Of a DNA stretch of 64,000 nt, positions 52,924 to 64,000 are shown piece by piece. A program made the position numbers and the translations under genes. The stretch comes from Octopus sinensis (lineage: Eukaryota). The stretch spans positions 7,874,001 through 7,938,000 of the forward strand of contig NC_042997.1 of assembly GCF_006345805.1 (NCBI RefSeq), read 5' to 3'. Each line of letters opens with the position of its first letter. Positions within the stretch are counted from its first letter, which is position 1. The notes beneath the pieces were generated by a model. The model searched no databases, was not told the DNA's origin, and was given only the letters and a program-made list of their open reading frames with translations.

Positions 52924-52955
<32 letters not shown>

Positions 52956-52998
52956 ATATAATACATACACACATATATACATACATGCATATATACAT

Positions 52999-53761
52999 AC
53001 GTGGTCTGATCAAAAATTAGCCAGAGTGTTGTCAAAATAACAAAACTAAAGCACGTAGAGAGAAGCCGCTTGGCATAGATTCACCTTCTGCTCTCTTGTG
53101 CACGCGCACTAAGTATTGACATTCCAGTTCCCTTCCGCTAGTTACTGCAAAGCTTTGAAGGAAGGTGTATAGAGTGTGATCGCCGCATTGACCCTGGTAG
53201 TGGAAGTTGAGCAGACAATCTGCATCAGCTTTTGTTCAAAAGCTTGGTGATACCTGCTAAGATGCCTACGGAAAGTTTTCAAAGAGTTTTCATCGTTCTC
53301 GACATAATCGAAGAGATCTTGTGCAACTAAAACCTGAGTGTGTCCTTGGTCAGCTGAAAGCAGTTTTGGCAAAATCCTGGCAAACATGCGTCTCATACCT
53401 AAATCTTCAGTGATAATGGACTGAACCGAACTGTAACTAATCTGCACATCCTCTGATACCCCACGGATGGGGATTCGATGATATCCCCTCAGAGCTGCAC
53501 TCAAATCTGCGACACTTTTCTCAGTTCTGCTGGTTCTGAGCAGGTATCACCTTGACGACTTTCTCTTTTATGGTCAATTCCACGATAACACGCTATACGA
53601 CTTCCAGGCTCTGCTGTAAACAGCAGAAGTGAGCTAGAACGTTAAAACTTAGTGCGTATACACAGCAGATTTCAAGGTCAACCTATGCCAGTCGGTTTAC
53701 ACTGCGTGCTATAGTTTCGTTGATATGGCAACAGTCCACATACTTATTGATCACACTTCGT
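52999..53761 (-). mobile_element. Internally deleted mariner element
   Basis: Imperfect TIRs (acgtggtctgatcaaaaa / tattgatcacacttcgt); ORF 53142-53504 ISYSSVQSIITEDLGMRRMFARILPKLL. Confidence 0.8.
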
Positions 53762-53809
53762 TCATACGGACATACCTCGGTTACAACAAAACAATATCCC
53801 ACAATGCAT

Positions 53810-54250
53810 TTGCAGTACTAGTGCTGATCCCAACATTTAGCATACTTGATTGGTCTGTAGAGAAAATCCACTCTATAGGTATGAAAACTTGCAAAATTCT
53901 GACCACTAGAAACTTCCATAGAAGCAGAGGTGTTGACAAGCTGTACCTAAGAAGAAATGAAGATGGTAGAGGCCTGATATCAAAGCAGACAGCCTTAAAA
54001 TTCCGTATGGTATCACCCAGACAGCAAAATTAAATATATAAATGCAGAGCTGAAAAAAGAAGTGAGCACCTTTTTACAAGTTGGCAGTAAACTCCTCAAG
54101 AAGCACTCTCTTCCTGATGATCTCCATTACAGCCCCAAAACATTGGGCTCTCTTACCTTAGAGGAAACTTAGCCGGAAATCACTCAGCATACAAAAAAAA
54201 AGGATATGCATGGTTATGTTGCGGTCACAGTCTTTAGATTTTAGCTCCTG
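53810..54250 (+). mobile_element. R4/Dong LINE post-RT fragment
   Basis: WSVEKI...KTCKILT...GVDKLYLRRNEDGRGLI. Confidence 0.7.
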
Positions 54251-54299
54251 CACCTAATGGGGTTTCCAGAGACGAAAATTCATTTATTTATGCAACACT

Positions 54300-54600
54300 G
54301 TACGTATTGTGCGTCTTGTTAGTCCGCGTTTACGAGCTGCTTGACGTACTGAATTTTGAGGCTGCTATTAAATATTTCTTGCACCTTTGCCACGTTCTCC
54401 GCTAATCGGGATGAAGTTGGATGGCCACTGCTTCTTACATATTTCACTGAACCCATGGTCATCGGCTTTGCATGACAACTTTGTATTGTCGCCGAACATA
54501 GTGTCGCATGCTTGCCTCTCCATGCACGCAATCTCTGAGCTAAAAGAATGGAAGTCCGCACTTCATAGCCTAATGCTATCTTAGCTCGCACCTGAACAGT
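54300..54600 (-). pseudogene. Tc1/mariner transposase N-terminal remnant
   Basis: GSVKYVRSSGHPTSSRLAENVAKVQE resembles GSV..RSGRP...EENV..V. Confidence 0.5.
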
Positions 54601-54759
54601 CAAGCGACCAGCAAATGTATAAAATGAGAAATAAGAAATAAGACAGTTAGAGAATAAGAAATACCCATTAATGCTGTCTCTTCTAAAATATTTTCGTCAT
54701 GACTTCCGTGTTACTAAACATTTTATAGGGAATTTCAAATATACTGTTACTTTCCACTC

Positions 54760-54975
<216 letters not shown>

Positions 54976-55289
54976 AATTTATTGATGTATTGATTATGAT
55001 ATACACAAGGATATTTAAGCATATTTAATTATCGGTGTATAACTCTCTTCAAATCGAATAAAAAGATTTTGTCTTTCAGATCTCCGATGACAAACAAGAC
55101 TGCGAACAAGAGAAATAAAATAAAAGATGTAGGCATTGTTGGTATTTGAGCAGAACATTGACATTTTGTGTAAAATAAGCCAGTTGTCACTTGAAAACAT
55201 TTAGAAATGCATGTAAGTTCTTTGTACATTATATACATATGCCTAAATGTGCATATAATTTGGTAGAACAAATATATGCGCAAAACATA

Positions 55290-56400
55290 CTCGGTTAAGA
55301 TCAGTATACAAAACTATGTGCAGAATCCCTAGAAATAGAAGAGCAATTATCAGAAAAATAAAAAGAATTAGCAAGAAAATCAACCAACTTAAATACTGCC
55401 AACAGCCACACATCCATTCGACTGCCATCGCATTACACAAATCGAAAAAATATAACCTCCACAAAAGCATGGTGACCATCGTTAACAAACAAAGAGCAGC
55501 TGAGGAAAACTGGGCCATTGAGGAAATAAAATTCAATCCCAAAGTGTTCTTTACATTTTGAAAAAAAACAACAGCAACATAAAGACCCTCTTTCCACTGT
55601 TGGTCCCCTGGTTCTGGTTCATGAGAACAACACTCTACATGATGATGCAAAATCCTTATGCGAGATACTGCAAAGACAATACTGCTCTGTTTACAGTTAC
55701 GCTAGTGCATTTGATCTTGCTAGTATCAGTGATGTAAACCCTGAACTAAGCATAACTGACATAACTTTTTGTGCTCCTTATATCCTAACAGAAATAAATA
55801 AGATGAAGCATATCTCGGCAGTAGATTCCGATAAGTTCCCGGCCACTGTCCTGAGGATGTGTAGACATCAAATTGCACCCACTCTAGCTGAGTTCTGGAG
55901 GAACTTCAAAAGGGAAACAGATCTCTTACAGTGAACTACCGTCCGATTTTACTCACTTTTCACATCATTAAAGTATTTGAGAGGGTGGTGAGATCGCGAA
56001 TAACTCACTTCCTCGAAGTCAACAATCTGCTGAACCCCAACCAGCATGGTTTCTGTGATGGCAGGTACTGCCTGTCACAGCTTCTGCACCATTTTGATGA
56101 CATCTTAAAGGCTTTGGGAGAAAGCTCCATCACTGATATCATACACCTTGATTTCAGCAACGCATTTGACAGAGTAGACTACAAAATACTTGTGAAGAAA
56201 CTGTCCAATATTGGAGTCCGTAGAAAGCTGCTGCAGTGGATATAGTGTTTCCTGATGATCAGAACCCAACATGTTGCGCTTGAGGGAATACGATCCAGCT
56301 CAGCTAAAGTCAGTAATGTTGTCCTACAGAGTACTGTGTTGGGCCCACTCCTCTTCATTGTCTACATCAATGACATAGCAAACGTCATCAAACATTCCAC
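55290..56400 (+). pseudogene. CR1/Jockey-like LINE RT, 5' segment
   Basis: NYRPILLTFHIIKVFERVV...NPNQHGF...HLDFSNAFDRVDY...LLQWI, then STVLGPLLFIVYINDI. Confidence 0.88.
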
Positions 56401-56700
56401 ATTGCACATGATTCCAAACTCCAGAAAGCCATAAGCGCTATTGGAGACCAAATATCTGTAAAATGTAAATAATGTTAATAATATACATAATTCCTCATCT
56501 CTTAAATAGAGAACTCTATCAAACGAGGGCAGCAGTGTCGAACTCACAACTTCACCAAAAGCCAATGACATAAGATTGACCATTGCAAAGGTCATTACAC
56601 AGAGGGTGCTCCAGTGTAGCAGAAGCCTCAGGGCTGAATCGTATAGCGGAACACACACACATAGCTATAAGGAGAGTCAGGGTTATATATATATATATAT

Positions 56701-56891
56701 CTATATACATACATAGGGAGATGTTACGAAAAACAGGTGGTGTACAAAACAAACAGATTTATTAGTATAACAGATGCATTAGTATATATATATATATTAT
56801 ATATATATATCTATATACATACATAGGGAGATGTTACGAAAAACAGGTGGTGTACAAAACAAACAGATTTATTAGTATAACAGATGCATTA

Positions 56892-56893
<2 letters not shown>
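56701..56893. repeat. Exact 83-bp direct duplication, period 110 bp
   Basis: 56701-56783 is identical to 56811-56893; separated by a TA run. Confidence 0.95.
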
Positions 56894-56937
<44 letters not shown>

Positions 56938-57389
56938 AAGGGTGGAAAGGAACACAGGAGTTGATATATATGAAAAAACAAGTCAAAAATAGAAAATGCT
57001 AAGATAATTTTATAGTGAATCTTTCCGTACCGGTTTCGGTCATTTTGAGACCTTTTCAACTGTAACGATTAAATAATTAAATTTAGAAAAATTAGAAGAA
57101 AAGTTTTTTTAAAAGAATATTTCTGTAGTAGTGTTCAGATATAAGTAGCATTCTGCCTTTCTCTGACTCCCTTGTTTGCACTTGTGTGTTCGAGGTCGTT
57201 TTGAGTTCTTGGTAGGATAGGTGAAGAATAAGGAGGCTGATGTGGAGAGGGGGTGGGGAAATCTGGGAATGCCTTAATGGTCGTATTTTGAATGGTCAGT
57301 GGCTGACAGTAGTCGCAGTTCAATTCAGGAATTGTTTATGGAATTTGCGTAGGCGTTATACTGAAAGACATTAGTGAAAAGGTTAAGGG

Positions 57390-57600
57390 GTGGAAGGTGG
57401 AGAAGTAGAAGAAGAAGAAGATGACAATGTTGATGATGATGATGATGAAGAAGAAGAAGAAGAAGAAGAAGGAGAAGGAGAAGATGGTGGTGATGATGGT
57501 GGTGATGATGATGACGACGATGATGATGATAATGATGATGATGAAGAAGAAGAGGAAGAAGAAGAAGAAAAAAAAACAGAGAAGGGAGAATATGAATGGG
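57390..57600. repeat. (GAA)n/(GAT)n trinucleotide block in the PLE 3' region
   Basis: Directly visible. Confidence 0.9.
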
Positions 57601-57697
57601 TGAAAGTATAGCTGTGATGGGGCTGATTAGTAATGGATTCTATGGAGTGTAATATTTGTGTGTGTATATATTTCTTTTATTCTAAAGTTGAGGTATA

Positions 57698-58505
57698 TTA
57701 ATTGTTTGTCGTAGACCCGTTAAGAAGTGGCTTGTATTTTGTAATAAAGAGATTTTCTTTACTTATTCGTTGTCTCGAGGTTGTATCGTCCCTAAATTGG
57801 TAGAGGGGGAAAAACCTGAAGTTTGGTGTTTTTTTGTTGGCACAAATATCTATGTGTTGGCTAAAAGCTATTTTTCTGTTTTGGGGAATTTTTATCTGGG
57901 ATCTGTGCAGGGCCATTCGTTTACGCAAACCATTTTTTGTTTGGCCTATGTACTGCTCTTGACACCCGGAGCAGGTTAGTGAGTATATTAGGTTCTCCGA
58001 AGCACATGTGAAGTTGCTTTTCACTGTAAACCGTTGTCCCTGTTTGAAGGAGAACTCTGATCCCTCAATTAGATAGTCGCATATCCCGCAATTGGATCTT
58101 CCACATTTTTTTACTGTCGGCTTCTGTGTTGAAGAGTGAATTCGGGCTTGTGTTAGGAGACTTTTCATGGATCTAGGCTGTCTTTTGCTTTTTATGATCG
58201 TGTGTATTTGGAGGATTGTGTTCATTCTGTGGTCTTTTTTTAGGAGGGGTATGTTGTGGAGGATGGTGTCGAAGGCTTTTCGTTGTACGTTTTTCTTTGA
58301 TTTGGGATGTCTCAGTTCCTTGATGTTAAGTTGAAGGGCACGTAGAATGCACTTGTCAATAAGTGAAGGTGGATAGTTCCTGGTGATAAGGGTATCTTTT
58401 AGTTCTTGTAGTCGTGTGTCTCTGGTGTTTGCGTTAGAGACTGTAGTGCATATCCTTTTTGCTACATTGAAGGGGATATTCATCCTGGCGTGCCTGGGGT
58501 GGCAT
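57698..58505 (-). CDS. PLE ORF C-terminal part: RT thumb region, Cys-rich linker, GIY-YIG endonuclease (no native start)
   Basis: CHPRH..NIPF.VAKRI...RLQELK..L..RNYP..LI; CGRSNCGIC; NLIYSLTCSGCQEQYIGQT..LRKRM..H; ENLFI.KYKPLLN; ~269 uninterrupted codons. Confidence 0.9.
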
Positions 58506-58532
58506 ATATATATATATGTGTGTGTCTGGGGT

Positions 58533-58589
<57 letters not shown>

Positions 58590-58794
58590 AGACATCATTT
58601 ATAAAAATAGCCTGCGTGTTGAAAATACAGATTTCTAAGGATTGAGTAAGATATTTAATTGGCAAAATGCTTAGAAAACTTCCTCGTTAAACCCATACAC
58701 GTGATTCACTACCCTTCTTTCAGGTAGTAGTGAGGCAGTAGTTATGCATGTATATATAGAACGCTAGTTTCTTCGCGCTATATCCAACCTACGT

Positions 58795-58886
<92 letters not shown>

Positions 58887-59067
58887 CCCTGCACATTTCA
58901 TATTGTTTATTTATAAAGAGATTCAGAGACGCATTACATATGAGAATTGAAATCGCATTTGGAATGAATCTATGATTAAGACTTCTTTGAAAAGTAAGCA
59001 GCATGCTTAAACATATGAATATTTATAACACCAAACGCACCATTTACACACATTGAAAACAACACTC

Positions 59068-59116
<49 letters not shown>

Positions 59117-59171
59117 ATATATGCCTCTCTCTCTTCCTCTCTCTCCTTCTCTCAGTATATATATAAATATA

Positions 59172-59329
59172 TGAGAGGGATGACCACTATGTGGATAACC
59201 CTTATGCTAGAAGTAGATCCGCTATGTTCTTCTCACTAAGAAATTGTCTTGAGAACATGTCTTAGTGGTAAGATCATAGTGGATCAACGTCTAGCATAAT
59301 GATTGTCCACATAGTGGTCATCCCTCTCA
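59172..59329. mobile_element. TA-flanked hairpin MITE
   Basis: 73-nt arms including flanking bases (outer 27 perfect, about 9 inner mismatches), 18-nt spacer, TA on both sides. Confidence 0.75.
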
Positions 59330-59428
59330 TATGTATGTAATTCAATTTACTGAACCTTCAGATTTGGATATGCTAGACCACTGGTTTTAAATTGGTGTTA
59401 ATCAACTTAATATCCAATTTTTCAGCCT

Positions 59429-59459
<31 letters not shown>

Positions 59460-59463
<4 letters not shown>

Positions 59464-59675
59464 TAATCCAAACAAGAAAGCACAAAAAAACACAACAACG
59501 CGAGGACGTGGAACAAATATAGTATTATTGGACGCTCAGGAAAGAAGGATAGAAGGAGGGTTTAACGTTTCGAGCGGAGCTCTTCGTCGGAAACATAGGA
59601 GAAGGAAAGATCCAGAGAAGGGAAGACAGAGGAAAAAAAATCGCCAACGGTACACACGAGGTCACATTTTGAAAT
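59460..59675 (-). mobile_element. Repeat family F2 with minimal hammerhead-like motif
   Basis: Minus strand gttt-CCGACGA-a-gagc-tcc-gctc-GAAAC-GTT-aaac at 59594-59560; matches 26684-26897. Confidence 0.8.
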
Positions 59676-59859
59676 ATACAGTTGAACGAAGAAGAATTTC
59701 AGCTCGTCCACTTTGGAAGAAAGGGCACACTCAAACAACCATATACACTACCGTCGGGAGACCCACTCTAACCATCGTATAATTTTAGAGACGTAGGTGT
59801 AACGGAAGTCACCAACCTTCGCTAGCATGTGCACATCAACAAAAAAGTCGATGTTGCTC

Positions 59860-60464
59860 GTAGAATGTGATTATTAATCCAGGGATCATGAAACTATCTT
59901 CATTTTCTTCACATTCGCTAGGCTCCACCTCGAGTACTGCTGCCCATTGTGGACCCCTAAAATAAACAAGACGTAATGAAGATCTAAGCGCTACAATAGT
60001 CAATCACTAAAAATGACACGATGGGGCTTGATTATTGGGCTCGTTTTATACAGCTGAAGCTCTGTTCTCTGCAACACCGCCTTGTGCTACATATTATTTG
60101 CACCATGTGGAAACAATTCCACCAATATTATCCAAATGATATCGGTATTATGTTTACAATTCACCCAAGACTAGGCCCCCGTGCAATGCGTCTCCTACAA
60201 AGGTCGAGATCACATCACATAAGAATATTGTGACACAAGTTCTTCATTGCAAATTGTCCTGCATTTTTTATTGTTATCCCGAAAGAAATTAAAGTAGAAA
60301 AAGACTTCACAACTTTCAAACGGTACCTGAACAAATTCTAGGTTCTCTGCTTGAGTGGTCTATGGTGTCCCGAAATAATTAACTAAAAGAATTTTCCAGG
60401 GGCTGCTAATGAGCTAGTCATAGACTAGGCCGATAATAGCCGAAACCAATCTAAGTTATCTAAG

Positions 60465-60468
<4 letters not shown>
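59860..60468 (+). mobile_element. CR1/Jockey-like LINE 3' segment and terminus
   Basis: RLHLEYCCPLWTP...GLDYWARFIQLKLCSLQHR; ends with stem-loop ctagtc-ata-gactag and tandem (ctaagttat)2. Confidence 0.75.
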
Positions 60469-60501
<33 letters not shown>

Positions 60502-61639
60502 ACACACAAAATTACACATATATAAGTGCTTAGAAAAGTATGCAATATATCTATATTAGTGCGGCTTTAACTAAAGACAACCACAATGAATAAAATAAAA
60601 AAGAATTGGTACACTGCATGTCAAATGGTGGTAATAAGTGTCTCTAGAAATGAATATGAATGAAACCACTTGTTTGGAAATAAATTATTTAAATTCAGTG
60701 CGTTGTTGTATAAAATATCCAAACAGAGTAAAGTGAATTTTGCATTTTAACTAAAATCTTGGTATATCAATCTAAAATATATAGTGTTGTAAGATAAACT
60801 ACCGTTTCCATGGATACTGTTTTTATTTTAAAAAGTAAAATAAAATTGAAACTTAGAATATGTCAACGAAGCTAAATCTAATGTAAATCACATTTTGTTC
60901 AAATCTAGCCTAGAGTTATTACAATGTTTAAAGCCATCTGCACAACAAAGCAACAAAGATTTATTTTCTGAAAACCAATATTTCATTAGACATTGCAGCA
61001 AAATAAGCAGGCTGTACTTTGGCTACAATATTGAACTGAAATAGAGCCACTTAGAATTTTAAGATGAATTATACTTTTATACTTATTATTGTTTCTCGGT
61101 GTTTTATCGTACATTTAATAGGTTATAAACGATTGCGTGAAAAGTATATCTATGTTAACGTAAAGATAAAAATAACAACATTATTTGTAAACTTTCTTAT
61201 GAAATTCTTCAGTTGTTTTGGTGGAATACAGATACCCATAAAACTTTATGTCATAGAAGAACCGATGAAGGTTGTGTGTCACGTTGATTACTACTTCGCT
61301 TAGTCTATATATTTCTAAACTTTACAATGTAGCAAAAGCAGCTATTTCAAATTACACAGCGTTCGCTAAAAGAACTATTCATGTAATTAAAATGAAGCGA
61401 TGGAAATACTAAGTATACGTTAATAGAACCATATACAGTGACCAATGTAGGAAGGGAATCTTGTCCGGATTAACTGATATAAACGTAAGGAGACACCTAC
61501 ATATTATATACTACATTATTGGAAATGAAATTCCATTATTATATGAATACTCTCTAATAAATATTCGATATATATATATATATGTATATATACAATTAAT
61601 GCTTCACTCCAGTGTACGTACATTCACGCTAATAGAAGG

Positions 61640-62290
61640 CAGGTAGACAATGATGCTCAGATACTGCTGCTCCAATACTGGGTTTATGTATAATTCAAAA
61701 TTACAGAGTTTGAGTATGTGCGGTATACTGCCACAAAAGCTGTATAAGCGCAGGCATAACTGTGTAGGCAAACTAGTGATTTGGGATGATAGCCGAGTGC
61801 GTGGCTTCAAAACATAAGAAAATGTGGTATAAACATAAGTCCGGGGATGCGATAGAAAATGAGAATCACAAGATCTTGTAGGATGTCACCATAATGACTG
61901 GTCCTGCTATTGAAACAAGAAGATCGGATATGATCGTAGAAGACAAAACAAGCAAACAGTGTAATGTCATAGATTTTGCAATTTCCTATGATAAAAGAAA
62001 TAATACTAAATGAATTGAAAAACTTGAGAGCTGGAAAGTCTCAGGAAGACCAAGACAACGGTTATAGTTGTAGTAATTAGTGCACTAGGCACAATGCCCG
62101 CAGTGATACCAAAACGACAGCAAAGGATTGAAACAGAAACAGTAGATTGTTGGCATGCAAGAAAGAACAATCTTATATTCCGCAAGAATCCTATCCCTTG
62201 GAAGATTGTTGAAAGGAGTCTTGTCACCGAACATCAAGATAAAATTCCTAACTATATTAACATGCACAAGCGGAACAAGAACAATAGCAA
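61640..62290 (+). mobile_element. R4/Dong LINE C-terminal fragment
   Basis: ILPQKLYKRRHNCVGKLV...KWYKHK...IENENHKIL*DV...RRSDMIVEDK...NVIDFAI. Confidence 0.8.
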
Positions 62291-62609
62291 CAACAGATAT
62301 TATTGTCTCCTCCATTTATAAATTCTTAACGAATATTTAAGGCATTCAGATTATAGTTGATACAAACGTTTTGCATTTTTAGTGTTCACCTTCCAAATTA
62401 TGAGAATTGAACTGTTTTAGTGTTAGAAAAGTTTTCAGTAAACACCGCAGTCTGAAAAGTCCGAAATGCAACGTGTTGCAATATTTATATTGTTAATGGA
62501 TATTATGATGAGAACAAATTCGAAATCTGCAGGATGAAATTAGTTATGAGCACATAACTGCAATTTATACATCTTAATATATATTTGGATAATATCAGAT
62601 ATTGTAGGA

Positions 62610-62790
62610 TAAAAGGTAAAGACCCCCTTCGGTCATGAATGACCGTGGGATTGCACCTGGATAGTTTTTCCCCAAAGCACAAGCCTTGGCAATGTTGCTT
62701 GTAGAAGACCAGCAAGCGTCCACGTATACAAGGCTCCCCTCTCCAAGCTTCCGATGTTATCCAATGGAAACGCAAAGCTGATATAGCGAC
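62610..62790 (-). mobile_element. SINE 3' fragment (further family)
   Basis: ggtaaagacccccttcggtcatgaatgaccgtgggattgcacc resembles an abundant octopod SINE tail from memory; single copy in this window. Confidence 0.5.
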
Positions 62791-62824
62791 TATCAATACT
62801 ATCGTGTCTAGTACAAGTCTAATA

Positions 62825-62950
62825 AATTATTTTATCAACACAGAATGATTAAATGCAAAGTTGACCGCGGCGTGATTTGAACTTCGGACATAACGAGTCG
62901 GAAGATTTATGTCAAATCATTTTTTCGGGCGCAGAAACAATTCAGTGTAA
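62825..62950 (-). mobile_element. SINE family B fragment
   Basis: gcaaagttgaccgcggcgtgatttgaacttcgg matches family B. Confidence 0.65.
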
Positions 62951-64000
62951 TCACTGCTATTGCTATAAAAATAGAGAACAGAAAGTAGTAATGCAGAGGT
63001 ACCGAAGAGAAAAATATACAGGTGTGACGACAAAAATGGTTAGAAAGAAAGTTTAAGATTTAGTATATATAACTTATAGCATTTAATTCTGAGTTCAGCG
63101 AGATATTAATCATTTAGTTTCCACAATTGTTGAGCTCAAACCTAATGTTATTCGTGTTACACATTTAGGCATATGTTACATTTTTAAATTTTAAAATTTA
63201 TTTCTCAGTTTTATTCGTTTCTTATCATTAGCAAATATTCAAATCAACGCCTTCATTTATATATTATGTGCAAAATGTTTAAATTATCTAAAAACTTCTC
63301 ATACGTTAACACTTTGTGATAATATACTGCATTTTGTTGGAAATAAATCAAACAAAGAGAGAAAATATGATTTGAAAACACTTCCAAACTCTAACGTGTC
63401 TAAAAAATATTTTCGGCGGATATTTATTATTCATAAATCATATTTATATCTAGAAATACTTCAAAATAATATTTTTTCTTCTATAATGTTATTTCTGAGA
63501 CAAAAAACTTTAATGTAAGTATTATCAAAATAACTATAGGGAAAATATAATTAAATCCTCGTAAAGAATTCTACTTTACTTCACTGTCTTTACAACATTA
63601 TTTGTACCTTTTTTTCTTGCTTTGGAATTTTCTTTCTGAAGTTAATATGTCATCTTACTAATCTTTTCTATCGATAATTTGCAAATAATTCTAAAAGCAA
63701 AACGATAAGGAAGGAAATAAATAGAATCATTCTGTATACTTTGTCTAAGAAACTTATTTATCAACCACTTAAATACATTCCAACTCAACAAATTCGGTAG
63801 GAATTTTCTGAAGAATTAATTTCTATCATATTTTAGAATTATCTCTGCTAAAAAATATCTGATTTGCATAAATCTTTTCCAATTTAATTTCAGTGTATAA
63901 GGCATTACGTGAGCAAAAGAAAATCAATAGTAAATCTGGTAACAAGATTGCATGAAAAATACAATGGTCTTCCACTAAAACGAATTTACATTCCTTGTTT

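Larger units (their letters stand above)
56935..58545 (-). mobile_element. 5'-truncated Penelope-like retroelement
   Basis: Open RT-thumb/linker/GIY-YIG frame plus ~760-bp 3' region; (TA)n at both ends. Confidence 0.85.

Noticed and set aside
57390-57611. Asp/Glu-rich ORF
   Set aside because: (GAA)n/(GAT)n repeat on the antisense strand of the PLE 3' region.
60401-60446. CTAATGA-stem-...GAAAC, hammerhead-like
   Set aside because: Core G5 absent; more simply the 3' stem-loop of the CR1-like LINE terminus.

Overview
AT-rich eukaryotic (animal) DNA saturated with microsatellites and decayed transposons. The tRNA-derived SINEs, abundant R4/Dong-type LINE debris and (TA)n/(TAA)n load resemble an octopod or other coleoid cephalopod genome (inference, not verified). 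I find no supportable intact host protein-coding gene, so the window reads as intergenic or deep intronic. Recognisable content: Tc1 and mariner remnants, two copies of a ~385-bp non-autonomous Helitron, several SINE families, and RTE, R4/Dong, L1/Tx1 and CR1/Jockey-like LINE fragments (two nested clusters). There is also a 5'-truncated Penelope-like element (PLE) with an open GIY-YIG frame. The most interesting signal is a set of (TA)n-embedded elements carrying hammerhead-ribozyme (HHR) motifs. One family occurs as an ~1.8-kb foldback (16008-17855) and as a collapsed 136-bp palindrome (3874-4077). Each has two outward-facing type I HHR motifs and the same one-sided ~70-nt tail, which fits inverted-pLTR PLE insertions. 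All calls are by eye, and remnant boundaries are approximate.
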